Shown here: in pieces, positions 38,771 to 48,587 of the stretch
How positions within the stretch are numbered: position 1 is the stretch's first letter
How the letters are laid out: each line of letters begins with the position of its first letter
Source: a virus
Direction: 5' to 3' (one strand)
Virus record (IMG/VR): IMGVR_UViG_3300025534_000004
Location: 83,744 to 147,743 of that record
Length of the DNA stretch: 64,000 bases
Notes under the pieces: model-generated
Told to the model about the DNA's origin: nothing
What the model saw: only the letters and a program-made list of their open reading frames with translations
The model's database searches: none
Made by a program: the position numbers and the translations under genes

Positions 38771-38995
38771 TCAGCGCACCGGAATCCAGCGGTGGCCCTT
38801 GTGATGGTCGTGGTGATGTCGGTGGTGCCAATGACCATGGACGCCGTGCCCGAGACGGAAGCGGATGACCGGAGGCGGGGTATAGACGACCGGAGGCGGC
38901 GGGGTATGGTAGCTCCGTACCGGTGGCGGCATATAGGCCACGGGGGCGCAGCCCGAAAGGGCAAGCAGGGCCGCAGCGAGGAACAGTGGCTTCAT
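38771..38995 (-). CDS. Pro/His-rich lipoprotein
   Basis: Lipobox LSGC; AAGGA RBS. Confidence 0.6.
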   Translation of the reverse strand: MKPLFLAAALLALSGCAPVAYMPPPVRSYHTPPPPVVYTPPPVIRFRLGHGVHGHWHHRHHHDHHKGHRWIPVR

Positions 38996-39012
38996 GGCAA
39001 TGGCTTCCTTGT

Positions 39013-39225
39013 TCAGACGGGCAGAGGCGGGGATCGCATGGCCCGGTCACGGGCAGCGGACCAGCCGCGATGCCATTCGGCGGCTTCGGTGGTGTCCTCG
39101 TACGGACAGTCCATGATCTCGACGCCGCGCCGGAAGGCAGCCTCGCCCCGCTCGAACGGGGTCATCTCGGTGCAGACCGCCGGATAGGCACGGCAATAGG
39201 TCCGGTCGAACGCCTCGGTCGCCAT
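39013..39225 (-). CDS. small protein with Rmf/CrpP-like motif
   Basis: FERGEAAF..CPY..EWHRGW. Confidence 0.55.
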   Translation of the reverse strand: MATEAFDRTYCRAYPAVCTEMTPFERGEAAFRRGVEIMDCPYEDTTEAAEWHRGWSAARDRAMRSPPLPV

Positions 39226-39234
39226 GAGGGGTCC

Positions 39235-39915
39235 TCAGCGGGCTCCCTCGGGCGACGCCAAGCTGCGGCCGATATTGGCGCGGGCCTTGGCCTCGAACAG
39301 GTCGTGCAGAACCGGGTCGCGGAAGATGCGCGGCACCTGACCGACCATGCGCAGGAAGGAGCCGCGCCCGGCTGCCCACTCGGCATTGCTCAGATGTGCA
39401 TATTCCAGCCGGATGAGGGCCGTGTTGAGGTCGAACTGCGCCGGTTCCGCCGCCAGTGATACGAGGTCGAGACCCACAAACCACTCCCGCCTGCGATCCG
39501 CCTCGGTATCATACGGGCGGTTGGCGAAATGCTGAGCGGTGGCGAGGATCATGGCTTCCACGAGATCAATGTCGATAACGGCGGCGGCACCGGCAGCGGC
39601 GGCATGGCTCCGCCAGAGTTCCGCCGAGGCGGCCTCGTTCCGGCTTGACCGGGCGTCATAGATGATATCGTGATACAGGATCGCCGAGGCGATCTCCCGG
39701 TCCCCGTCACGGGTCAGATATGGTGGCGCGAATCGGGCCTTGAGACGATGATGTGCCCACCACATGGTGGCATAATGATACAGCCCGTGATACAACCGCG
39801 TCGGCCCCATCATGGCGTTGCGCAGCGCGATCTTGTGGGCCTCCATGACCGGTACATGCCGAAGCAGGTCGTCGATGACGTTTGCCGGTTCCGCTACGTC
39901 AAGGTCGAAAGTCAT
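39235..39915 (-). CDS. HD-superfamily phosphohydrolase
   Basis: RLYHGLYH, ILYHDIIYD..NEAASA, IRLEYAH. Confidence 0.85.
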   Translation of the reverse strand: MTFDLDVAEPANVIDDLLRHVPVMEAHKIALRNAMMGPTRLYHGLYHYATMWWAHHRLKARFAPPYLTRDGDREIASAILYHDIIYDARSSRNEAASAELWRSHAAAAGAAAVIDIDLVEAMILATAQHFANRPYDTEADRRREWFVGLDLVSLAAEPAQFDLNTALIRLEYAHLSNAEWAAGRGSFLRMVGQVPRIFRDPVLHDLFEAKARANIGRSLASPEGAR

Positions 39916-40103
39916 GATTCATTACCGGCATACAAATCAGCCAGAACCGAGGCGATTTCGGCATGGGCGGCCCGCAGGCGATCCCAGTCCGATATGGTGA
40001 GACCTCGCCGGAGCGGACCGAAGCGGCGCGCGACCTCGGCGAACAGGGCCTCGGAAAAGCCGAGGACCATGCGGTCAAGCTCTTTCAAATCGGGTTCGGG
40101 CAT
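39912..40103 (-). CDS. hypothetical protein
   Basis: Downstream of promoter 40134-40161. Confidence 0.5.
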   Translation of the reverse strand: MPEPDLKELDRMVLGFSEALFAEVARRFGPLRRGLTISDWDRLRAAHAEIASVLADLYAGNES

Positions 40104-40418
40104 CGTCGTATGGCTTTCTGAAAAACCCGCTTTCGGGTACCACATTTTTCGGTTCCGTCAACGCAAGCGGGAGCAAAGATCATGGATATGCGATCATGTG
40201 TTGCAAACATGACACACATGCCTTTTCGGGAAATGAAAAGCCGTTGAGCCTCGGCCCGAAGCTGTCTAAGAAAACATGTAGTTTCAATATGAGTTCAAGG
40301 TGGGTTCCTGACCAAGCACTGTATGCGTTTGAAATAACCGCAACGAGGACACCACAAAGCCTGCGCGCCTGCGGCGCTGGACGCGGGGTCAGGTGATGCC
40401 TAGCGAGAGCAACGGATC

Positions 40419-41972
40419 GTGAGTACCGCGCAAACATTGGAAGCCGACGAAACCACGCGGTCTCGCGTGATGAATGCATTGTTCTTGGCGATCCCTGACT
40501 GCCTGTTCGCCAAGGACCGGGAGGGGCGCTACATTCTGCTGAACGCAGCATCCACGGCCGTGGCGGAGTATGCGGGCCGTCTCCCGCCCGACTCCGACCT
40601 GACCGGGCTCACCGCCAATGACGTGTTCCCACCCAAATTGGCCCAACGCGTTCTTGAGACGGACGACATCGCGCTGAACGGCGGGGTGTCAAGCTTCGAG
40701 GCGCGCATTCCTTCGGCCACCCAGAATGGCGAAGGCCGGTGGTTCCTTGTCTCCAAGGCCCCGTTGCACGACGATGCGGGGCAGATCGTCGGCATTATCG
40801 GCATCGCCAAGGATATTACAGCGCAAAAACGTACCGAACAGACCATCGCCGAGGAGAAGGAGCGCGCCGACCGCCAGCGCGAGGCGGTGGCCCGTTTCCT
40901 GAGCGTCACGGCGCATGATTTGCGGCAGCCGCTACAGGCCGTCCAGTTCTACACCACTGCGCTGGCGCCTTCTGTCCCGCCGGAGGCGTGGCCCCTGTTC
41001 TCGAAGCTTGAGGTCGCGCAGGCGACGGTCAACAGCCTGTTTGAAACCCTGCTCGATGCAACCCGGCTGGATACCGGCATTTTCAATGCGCAACTTGAGG
41101 AATTCGCGGCCAGCGAGGTCTTGGATCAGGTAGCGACCGCAACGGGACGGCTCGCGGAGGCCAAGGGTCTCAAGGCGCACTACCTCCCCTCGGATGCGAT
41201 AATCCGCTCCGACCGTGCCATGCTGACCCGGTTGTTCATGAACCTGACCGAGAATGCGGTGCGCTATACCACGACGGGTCGGGTGATCATCGACTGCATC
41301 GAGCGGGAGGACCGCCTGCTGGTCGAAATCCGCGACAGCGGCATCGGCATCCCGCCGGAACGCCTCGCGCGCATCTGGGAGGAGTCGCGGAATCCCGAAT
41401 CCGGCGGCTTGGGCCTCGGCCTGACCATGGTGCGGCGCATCGCCGACATCCTCGACCTCAACGTGCAGATCAAGTCCGATCTCGGGCACGGCACGACCTG
41501 CATCGTGAGCCTGCCGCTGGTGGCGCGCGGCATCGACGAGACGGATGCCGCCACGGCCGCTTTCCTTGCACGCGGCCACAGGCCGGATTCGGCGTCGCCC
41601 GTGGAGGGGGAGCCGTCCGTCCTCGTCGTCGATGATGATGCGATCCTGCGCGATGCGTTCGATGTCGTGCTGTCGGAGGTCGGCCTGTCGGTGACCGCCG
41701 TCGGCACCTATCCGGAGGCCGCCAAAGCGGTCATCCAGTCCGAACCCGATGTCATGATCATCGACTACCGGCTCATCGGGATAACCGGTGTCGAAATTTA
41801 CCAAAGGCTGTGCGGGAGTTTGGGGCGGAAGGTCCCCGCCATCCTCCTGACCGGAGAGATCAGCGACGAGGTTCGGCGCTTGGCGGCGGAGAACGGGATG
41901 CGCCTGATGCACAAGCCGATCATCACCGCGAACCTGATCGCCGCCGTCAGGGAACTCGCCAAGCAGGACTGA
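40419..41972 (+). CDS. cytoplasmic hybrid sensor kinase (PAS-HisKA-HATPase-REC)
   Basis: FAKDREGRY..GIAKDIT; AHDLRQPL; NLTENAVRYT, DSGIGIP, GLGLGL; VVDDD..DYRL..HKP. Confidence 0.93.
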   Translation: MSTAQTLEADETTRSRVMNALFLAIPDCLFAKDREGRYILLNAASTAVAEYAGRLPPDSDLTGLTANDVFPPKLAQRVLETDDIALNGGVSSFEARIPSATQNGEGRWFLVSKAPLHDDAGQIVGIIGIAKDITAQKRTEQTIAEEKERADRQREAVARFLSVTAHDLRQPLQAVQFYTTALAPSVPPEAWPLFSKLEVAQATVNSLFETLLDATRLDTGIFNAQLEEFAASEVLDQVATATGRLAEAKGLKAHYLPSDAIIRSDRAMLTRLFMNLTENAVRYTTTGRVIIDCIEREDRLLVEIRDSGIGIPPERLARIWEESRNPESGGLGLGLTMVRRIADILDLNVQIKSDLGHGTTCIVSLPLVARGIDETDAATAAFLARGHRPDSASPVEGEPSVLVVDDDAILRDAFDVVLSEVGLSVTAVGTYPEAAKAVIQSEPDVMIIDYRLIGITGVEIYQRLCGSLGRKVPAILLTGEISDEVRRLAAENGMRLMHKPIITANLIAAVRELAKQD

Positions 41973-42048
41973 GGACTGGAACGCTCAGGGTGTCCGGGCC
42001 TCCCCGGCACCCTGAGTTTGACCCGGACCCCGGCCGGGCCGGGTTGCG

Positions 42049-42531
42049 TCACGCGGCAAGGATGGCCGTCCGATAACGCTCCACGAAGCGGTGCCAATTC
42101 GGCACCTCGGTGCTGCGCAGCGGTATCCGGTGCGTACGGATGAGTTCCCGCATCACTGCGACCGGTATCACCGCCTCCGCGATCTGCCCGGCCCGTTCCT
42201 CCGAAAAGCCGTCCGTCGTAATCCGGCCGTCCAGTACGTCCCTGACCATCGCGGGCGTGACATCGCCCTCAAAACGGTCGAGCATGTCGCCGAGCAGAAC
42301 ATTGACACGGCGGCTGATCTCGGCGTTGAGGCCGTGCCTCCCGGCGTCCCCGGCCCGGAACAGCCGGTTCCATTCCTCACAAAGGGGCACGAGCGCACGA
42401 GCCTGCGCGAGCGTCGTTTCGATGTGCGTCGGACCGCCCATCTTCATCGACATAGCAAAGCTGGTCGGGCTCAGAAGTGTCCCAGCCGTCGCGGTACAAA
42501 GTATGGCACCAAGCAACGCACGACGATTCAT
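42049..42531 (-). CDS. secreted protein (Tat-like RR signal)
   Basis: MNRRALLGAILC..SFA. Confidence 0.55.
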   Translation of the reverse strand: MNRRALLGAILCTATAGTLLSPTSFAMSMKMGGPTHIETTLAQARALVPLCEEWNRLFRAGDAGRHGLNAEISRRVNVLLGDMLDRFEGDVTPAMVRDVLDGRITTDGFSEERAGQIAEAVIPVAVMRELIRTHRIPLRSTEVPNWHRFVERYRTAILAA

Positions 42532-42620
42532 CGGTAACATCCTCCGAGAACGCATTGGCCCAAGTGCCAACACGTATTGTGCTTCCTCCTTACCGCCCAT
42601 TTTGGCGGTCACTGCCAACC

Positions 42621-42872
42621 CTAACGTGGGGCAAACAGCAGAAACATTGCCGCCCGGTCCTTGCTCCGAAACGCAACGCCCAAGGCGCCTGCCCATCGGT
42701 AATCCTGTCCTTTGACAAGACCGCTGAGGGCCGGATTGCCGAGGATCGCTGCCGCACAGGCGATGATCTCCTCATCAGACGCCCCATCGGGCAGGACAGC
42801 CTCGACGACATGACCGAAGGCTTGCCTTGCACGCGGAAAGTACGTCCAACGCACCACGTTGGCAAGCGACAT
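42621..42872 (-). CDS. hypothetical protein, paralog family
   Basis: VAFRSKDRAAMFLLF. Confidence 0.55.
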   Translation of the reverse strand: MSLANVVRWTYFPRARQAFGHVVEAVLPDGASDEEIIACAAAILGNPALSGLVKGQDYRWAGALGVAFRSKDRAAMFLLFAPR

Positions 42873-43013
42873 TCCGGCCTACCGCGAAAAAAAATCGGTG
42901 CAAAAGACTGTTTTCATTTTGTTCACACCGAAAAATTCGGTATGACGCCATTGACTTGGTTCGGCGTTTATGGTCCTATCGCGGCCGATTTCAGAACGCC
43001 CTTTGAGGTCCTG

Positions 43014-43946
43014 ATGCGCCCTACCCTCGCCGAACCACCCCGCGCCGATGCCGTGTTCATCCTTCTCGGCTCCCGCGCCGCGCGGGCATGGTTCCCCGAT
43101 TTCCGGCGGCCATCCGACTGGGATGCCATCGCCTCGCACGAGGCCATCTCGCGATGGGCCGACCGGAACCGCGCGAGGATCACTTCCCTGACCCGCAAGA
43201 GCGACCGGAAGATGGCCTGCCGGATGCACGGGGGCGTCCGGATCGAGTTCGAGCTTCTGGGCAGCAACCCCTCGACGGAGATGCTGGCCGAGATGGCGCG
43301 GGCGCGCCGCTTCAAGCCAACCATCTTTCCGGGCGGCGTGGCGGCCTATGCGGCGACGCCTGCGGTGCTCTGGCTGACCAAGCGGAGCCATGCCTACTGG
43401 CCCATCCATTGGGAAAAGACGATGGCCGATCTGCATTGGCTCAAGGCCCGTGCCGCCCCGGCGACGGCCGCCGAATTGGCCTATTACGAGGCCCGGCTTG
43501 CCGAGAACAAGGCGCGGCTCGGTGACCGCAAGGCCAAGCTCGACATGTCGAACGAGGCATTCTTCGCCAAGAGCGAGCGGGCGGTCAGGCGGGTGGTCGA
43601 ACACGACCGCCTGCACGAATGGGTTGCCTATTATGATCGCCCCCTGTTCGAACGCTTCAAGACCGACCTCAGCAAGGCGGCGCTGAGCCGTGCCCTGTTC
43701 GAGCAGGCTCCCATGCTGGACAAGCTCCGCCTCGTCCGCGAGGAGGCGATGGTCATCGCCCTTGAGCGGTACCTCATCCCCGGCAAGCTCACCGACCCTG
43801 CCGAGGCATACGCAAGCGCCCTCAAGCGCATCTGCACGACGCTGACCTCGGGTTGGTTCCGCGACTTCGCCATCGACCACTGGCCCATCCTGAACACTCC
43901 GGACAAGGACTTTGCGCCGCCGGTCATGGCGAGGATCGCCGCATGA
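43014..43946 (+). CDS. nucleotidyltransferase-like phage protein
   Basis: LLGSRA..SDWDAI (GS..DxD); HDRLHEWVA; TTLTSGWFRDFA. Confidence 0.7.
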   Translation: MRPTLAEPPRADAVFILLGSRAARAWFPDFRRPSDWDAIASHEAISRWADRNRARITSLTRKSDRKMACRMHGGVRIEFELLGSNPSTEMLAEMARARRFKPTIFPGGVAAYAATPAVLWLTKRSHAYWPIHWEKTMADLHWLKARAAPATAAELAYYEARLAENKARLGDRKAKLDMSNEAFFAKSERAVRRVVEHDRLHEWVAYYDRPLFERFKTDLSKAALSRALFEQAPMLDKLRLVREEAMVIALERYLIPGKLTDPAEAYASALKRICTTLTSGWFRDFAIDHWPILNTPDKDFAPPVMARIAA

Positions 43947-44377
43947 GACACGATGCGGAAGCGGAAGGCAAGCTCGCCCCTATTTACGAGGCAGTCCGCC
44001 ACGCCTTCACAAATCCCGTTTCGGACACCCCGACGATTCTCCGGCTGGACGTGCAGGGCTCCGACTTCAGCCTGTTCCTCCTGTCGGGACAGCCGGACCG
44101 GTCGGAACGGCCGGGTCGCTGCCCAATTGTCGCCTTCGTGGTGTTCGAGGACGAGAAGGCCGGGGTCGCGGCCTGCGAGGAACTCGGCTTTCCGGCCATC
44201 CGCTATCCTTCGCCGGGCGTCTGCTGCGTCGGCCTGCACCAACCCGACCCCCTGCCGCTCCTCATGGTGCTCGGGCGCATCTGCACCATTCATGAGCGCA
44301 TTCCGCCGGGGGGCGAGTCCCTGCTGGTGCCGTATTTCGGCGAGCGGCTCGTGTTGGGCGCGAGCTACACGCCATGA
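43943..44377 (+). CDS. hypothetical protein
   Basis: ATGA coupling. Confidence 0.55.
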   Translation: MRHDAEAEGKLAPIYEAVRHAFTNPVSDTPTILRLDVQGSDFSLFLLSGQPDRSERPGRCPIVAFVVFEDEKAGVAACEELGFPAIRYPSPGVCCVGLHQPDPLPLLMVLGRICTIHERIPPGGESLLVPYFGERLVLGASYTP

Positions 44378-44455
44378 GACCACACCAAGACCCGCAATCC
44401 CATTTCAGGATGCCCCATAGAAAAAGATTCCCAACCCATCCGCATTGATGAACTG

Positions 44456-44707
44456 ATGCAGGATTTGATGGACGGGCTGCTGATCGCCAAGAACTACCCT
44501 GCTTGGGAGGACGAGGCGCTGGCACTCGAAAACCGCCTTTTCACCTCCCATGACGCGCTGATGATGGACATTGCCGAGGCGCGCAAGGCCGGGATCACCA
44601 CCGTCTCGCGGCTGGCCTCGGAGGATTTCTTTCGGACTTCCAACGACATCCGAGCCTTCCTGCTACGGGTGCTCGCGGACATCAGCCACCCCGGCAGGAC
44701 GGCATGA
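44456..44707 (+). CDS. hypothetical protein
   Basis: Coding-like ORF. Confidence 0.5.
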   Translation: MQDLMDGLLIAKNYPAWEDEALALENRLFTSHDALMMDIAEARKAGITTVSRLASEDFFRTSNDIRAFLLRVLADISHPGRTA

Positions 44708-45153
44708 CCGAGGTCGTCAAGGTCTAGCGTCCGCACAAGAAGCGGATCGGCAATGGCTGGTACAACCGCGATACCACCTTGCTCCTGTCCTGCGGCACCC
44801 GACTGTGCTTCCGGCTGCATAAGAAGGCCCCGCAGGGCTTTCCGATCCGCATCCCCCGGTACGTCGCCCTGCGGCACGGTTCGTGGAGCCAAGCGCACTG
44901 GGAGACCGTTCGCGCCGTCGTGGAGAATATGGGCTACGAGCACTGCTACGGGCCGAAGTACGAGCATGACTGCATTCGCCTGCGCGACTGCGAAGCCCTG
45001 CTGCCGATCAAGATCGCGGGCGCCCTCATGCAGGTCGAGGAATACCTGAGCGGGGGCGACGAAACGCCCTCCCTGCTTTGCGACTGGTTCGGGATCGAGA
45101 TGCCCCCGCTCCCGTCGATTCCGCCGCTCCTGCCACGTCCGGCACTTGCATAA
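44704..45153 (+). pseudogene. hypothetical protein with in-frame TAG at codon 8
   Basis: ATGA-coupled start, TAG at 44725-44727, same frame continues as ORF 44779-45153. Confidence 0.45.
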
Positions 45154-45176
45154 TGTGGTTCAGTCGTCTATAAATA
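45146..45176 (+). promoter_or_regulatory. tmRNA promoter: sigma70-like plus TATAAATA late box
   Basis: TTGCAT-N17-TATAAA overlapping TATAAATA. Confidence 0.65.
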
Positions 45177-45180
45177 CCTC

Positions 45181-45437
45181 GGTTCTGATGACCAACTCGG
45201 AATAGGCTGATCGGACCGGAGGGCAGTACTCCGCCCGTCCACCATTACTCCATGGGCGGGAAATAGGATCGACGACGGCAGTAAAGGACGTTGCGAGGAA
45301 CTCGGTAAGACACGACCGGCCGGGCAACCGGCATCAGTTCATCGTTACAAAGGCCAACGACAACGAGGCTTTTGCTCTCGCCGCCTAAGGCGTGAGCGCG
45401 GAGGCGGGGACCTGCCGGGCAACAGAAGTGGTCCCCA
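45181..45437 (+). ncRNA. ssrA: permuted two-piece tmRNA, tag ANDNEAFALAA
   Basis: T arm CGGAG-GGCAGTA-CTCCG, CCCGTCC-ACCA (45234-45244), 9-nt intervening segment, GGGCGGG-AAATAGGATCGAC (45254), G3:U70, tag ORF 45353-45388; outer ends approximate. Confidence 0.95.
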
Positions 45438-45466
45438 TCAAAAATCCCTTTCAGGACTCCATTTCA

Positions 45467-47026
45467 GTGCAGGACCTCTGGAACCGCTACATCGAGAACG
45501 ACCATGCGAAGGTCGTCGCCGAAGCGGACAAGGCTTTGTTTGCCGCTTCCGCCCCGGACATGCTGCATGTATCCGGCCTGTCGCTTCTCTCCCTTGGCCG
45601 TATACAGGAAGCCCTGCCCCGGCTGCGGGCGGCACTGACGCTGTTCCCCTCTGCGTCGTGGTTCGCCAATACCGCCATCGCCACTCTCAATTCCGGCGCG
45701 ACGCAGGAATCCGCCGCCTTCGCCAAGGCGGGCCTCGTCCTCTATCCGGGGGACGCGGTGCTGAACTTCGCCTATGGCAATGCCCTGATGGCGGCCAATG
45801 ATTGCGACGCCGCGCTGGCCTTCTTCGAGAAGGCGCTCGCCATCGACCCATCCATGGCGGATGCCCGGCTGAATCTGGCGAACTGCCTGCGGCGGCTGAA
45901 CCGCTTCGCCGAGGCGCTGGCGGCCTATGACGGGTTGCTCGCCATGGAGCCGGGCAATATCCCGGCACTGGTCAACAAGGTGAGCGCCCTGATGGAGACG
46001 GGGCGCGATGGCGAGGCCGAAGCGATCCTCTTGGACCTTGGCAAGACCGGCCTGCCCGAGGTGGACTTCATGCGCTCCATGATCCGTCTTGCCGAGGGCG
46101 ACTATGAACAGGGTTGGGCGCTTTACCGCAAACGATGGTCCTGCGCTTTTGCCGCCACGGACGCGGCGCAGTTCCGCGCGCCGCTCGCCAACTCCCTGAC
46201 GGACATCGCAGGCAAGCGAGTGCTGGTCTCGCACGAGCAGGGTTTCGGCGACAGCTTGCAGTTCGTCCGTTACGTGCCGCTGCTGGCGCGCTTCGGCGAA
46301 ATGGTCGGCTGTCGCGTCGCCCTGCTGGCCCCGAAGCCGCTGGCACGCCTGTTCGCCAATCTGGACAAGGTGGGTGAGGTGGTCACCTCCCGCGACGATG
46401 CAGGGCAGATCGACCTCGAAGTGCCGATGCTCGACCTGCCCTATCTGTTCGGCACGAAGCTCGACACCATCCCGGCCACCCTGCCCTATCTCCGCGCCCC
46501 GGCGGAACTGCTGGACAAGCGGCGGCTGCCCTTCGCGAAGGACGATACCCGTCTCAAGGTCGGCCTGTGCTGGGCCGGGCAGATGCGCTCGAATCCGGAC
46601 CTCGCGGCGGTGGACCGGCGCCGGTCCATGCGCCTCGCCGACTTCCATGATCTCGATATGGACGGAGTGGCCCTCGTGAGCTTGCAGCTTGGCGAGCCCG
46701 CGCGGCAGGTGGAGGAAGTCCCGGCGGGCATGGAGATCATGACACCGCTCGATCCGTCCTTCGATTTCGCCGACACGGCGGCCGTCATCGAGCAGCTTGA
46801 CCTCGTGATCACCGTGGACACGGCCGTCGCGCATCTTGCTGGGGCGCTCGGCAAGCCGGTCTGGGTCCTGTCGCGCTACGACGCCTGCTGGCGCTGGCTC
46901 AAGGGCCGCGACGACAGCCCGTGGTATCCGAAGGTCATGCGCCTGTTCCGGCAGACGGTCCCCGGCGACTGGTCCGGGCCGCTCGCCGAGGTCCGCGCGG
47001 CGCTCGCCGAACGCGCGGCACGCTGA
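45467..47026 (+). CDS. TPR-repeat glycosyltransferase family 9-like protein
   Basis: TPRs; EQGFGDSLQFVRY; VGLCWAG; DLVITVDTAVAHLAGALGKP; SPWYP. Confidence 0.9.
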   Translation: MQDLWNRYIENDHAKVVAEADKALFAASAPDMLHVSGLSLLSLGRIQEALPRLRAALTLFPSASWFANTAIATLNSGATQESAAFAKAGLVLYPGDAVLNFAYGNALMAANDCDAALAFFEKALAIDPSMADARLNLANCLRRLNRFAEALAAYDGLLAMEPGNIPALVNKVSALMETGRDGEAEAILLDLGKTGLPEVDFMRSMIRLAEGDYEQGWALYRKRWSCAFAATDAAQFRAPLANSLTDIAGKRVLVSHEQGFGDSLQFVRYVPLLARFGEMVGCRVALLAPKPLARLFANLDKVGEVVTSRDDAGQIDLEVPMLDLPYLFGTKLDTIPATLPYLRAPAELLDKRRLPFAKDDTRLKVGLCWAGQMRSNPDLAAVDRRRSMRLADFHDLDMDGVALVSLQLGEPARQVEEVPAGMEIMTPLDPSFDFADTAAVIEQLDLVITVDTAVAHLAGALGKPVWVLSRYDACWRWLKGRDDSPWYPKVMRLFRQTVPGDWSGPLAEVRAALAERAAR

Positions 47027-47032
47027 AACGAG

Positions 47033-47057
47033 AAAGGGGCGCCTCGGGCGCCCCTTC
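47033..47057. terminator. bidirectional terminator hairpin
   Basis: AAGGGGCGCC-TCG-GGCGCCCCTT between convergent genes. Confidence 0.65.
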
Positions 47058-47062
47058 GCTGT

Positions 47063-47236
47063 TCACCACCAGACCTCGTACCGCAGGCCATAAGGGTTGC
47101 GGTACCATCGTCCCTTCTCGACCTTCTCCATGCGCCACGCGAATTCCTCCGGCGTTTGCGCCTCGGCAAGGTACCGCCCGATATCGTAATCGGGCGACAT
47201 GCGCGCCGCGATGGCGCGAAGCAGGCGGCGGATCAT
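47063..47236 (-). CDS. small protein (57 aa), absent from ORF track
   Basis: MIRRLLRAIAARMSPDYDIGRYLAEAQTPEEFAWRMEKVEKG. Confidence 0.5.
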   Translation of the reverse strand: MIRRLLRAIAARMSPDYDIGRYLAEAQTPEEFAWRMEKVEKGRWYRNPYGLRYEVWW

Positions 47237-47603
47237 TGTCCGATCCCCTCCGGGCGCTTTGCGTAGAGGGTGAGGTAGGCGGCATGGAAACGGGTCAGGG
47301 CGGCCCAGAGCTTGCGGATCATAATCGGCACCATGAAAATGGAGTTCAGTGGACGAGCTTTCTGCCGCCTATTTACGCCTCCAACATGGTGCGATGCACA
47401 ACGATCCTGATGCGACAGCCATGCATTCGATGCATGTCTCGCCTAGGCTAGGCCCTCGCTTGCTGCGCGCGGTTCTGGCCCGGATCGGCGACAACGGTCC
47501 ACTGCTCGGCAAGACCCCGCACCCAGCCGATTGCCGTTGTTCACCTGCTCTCACCTGACAGGAAAAGCCCCGACCGGGGGACCGGCCGGGGCGCCGTTGT
47601 AGC

Positions 47604-48587
47604 TCAGAGGCCCAGAAGCTCGCGGAGGCGGGCGAAGTCATCGGCGAAGAAGGTCACGACCACCACGTCCTCGGCGCGGTCATTGATCTCCTTGGCGCCC
47701 TTGAGCAGGTCGTGCAGTTCCTTGCGGACCTTCTCGCCGCTCGGGCGCCGCAGCACCGCGCCGGTCAGGTGCTTGGCCGAGGCGCGGGTCTTGCCCTTGG
47801 CCGCCGCGTTCTCGATGGCGCTGGTCAGGTCGGCCAGCGTCTTGGCCTCGTCGCCGCCATTGGCGGTCAGGCGGTTCAGCACGAAATCCGCCGACACCTT
47901 GCCGCCGTTCACCAGCGCCCGGATGTCCTTGCCGACCGCGCCGAGGGTGAGAATCTGCTGCACCCGCACCGTGGACAGGCCGAACCGCTTGGCGATCTGC
48001 GCCTCATCCCAGCCGAGACCGAGCAGCTTCTTGTAGTTGTCGGCCCGCTCGAACACGCTGAACGGCTTCGAGCCGTTGCGGGTGATCTGGTTGGCGATCA
48101 TCTCCGCCTTGGAGGCGTACCGCTCGACGATCACCGGGACCGTCAGCACCTCGGCGCCATAGACCTCGATGGCCCGGAGCGTGGCGCGCAGGCGGCACTC
48201 ACCGTCGGTCACGTAGGGGCGGCCGTCCTCGAACACGACCGTGATCGGCTTGTCCCTGAGGAAACCGATCTCGGCGATGGAACGGGCGATGGTGTCCACG
48301 TGCTCCTGATTCGACGGATCGGAGAAGTCGCGGGAGTTGAAGCCCGGCATCACGCCGATCAGGTAGGGGTTCAGGGTGTAAACATCCTGCCGCTTGTCGG
48401 AGAGGCCCTGAATGCCGCCCTTCCTCGCATTCGCCAGCCCGGCGAATTTGGCCTCGGCCTCGGCCGCGAGCCGCTTGGCGAACTCGCTCTGCGGAGCAGA
48501 GGCGGCCTTGAAGTCCACGGCGATGACATTGCTGGCGGCCTGCGCGGCAACCGGAGAAGTGGCGATCTGGGCGACAGAGGCGTTCAT
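47604..48587 (-). CDS. ParB/Srx-family partition-like protein
   Basis: GFNSRD, IARSIAEIGF..PITV..VTDGECRLRA, HTH GWDEAQIAKRFG. Confidence 0.8.
   Translation of the reverse strand: MNASVAQIATSPVAAQAASNVIAVDFKAASAPQSEFAKRLAAEAEAKFAGLANARKGGIQGLSDKRQDVYTLNPYLIGVMPGFNSRDFSDPSNQEHVDTIARSIAEIGFLRDKPITVVFEDGRPYVTDGECRLRATLRAIEVYGAEVLTVPVIVERYASKAEMIANQITRNGSKPFSVFERADNYKKLLGLGWDEAQIAKRFGLSTVRVQQILTLGAVGKDIRALVNGGKVSADFVLNRLTANGGDEAKTLADLTSAIENAAAKGKTRASAKHLTGAVLRRPSGEKVRKELHDLLKGAKEINDRAEDVVVVTFFADDFARLRELLGL

Noticed and set aside
2206-44727. Amber (TAG) recoding suggested by in-frame TAGs shortly after plausible starts at 2206, 24131 and 44704
   Set aside because: No long conserved gene is interrupted by TAG, several genes end naturally at TAG (10490, 18542, 49612), and no suppressor tRNA is seen. 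Decay or sequence error is more likely.
45392-45466. N-terminal extension of the TPR protein from GTG 45392
   Set aside because: It overlaps the tmRNA 3' hairpin; GTG 45467 has an AGGA RBS.
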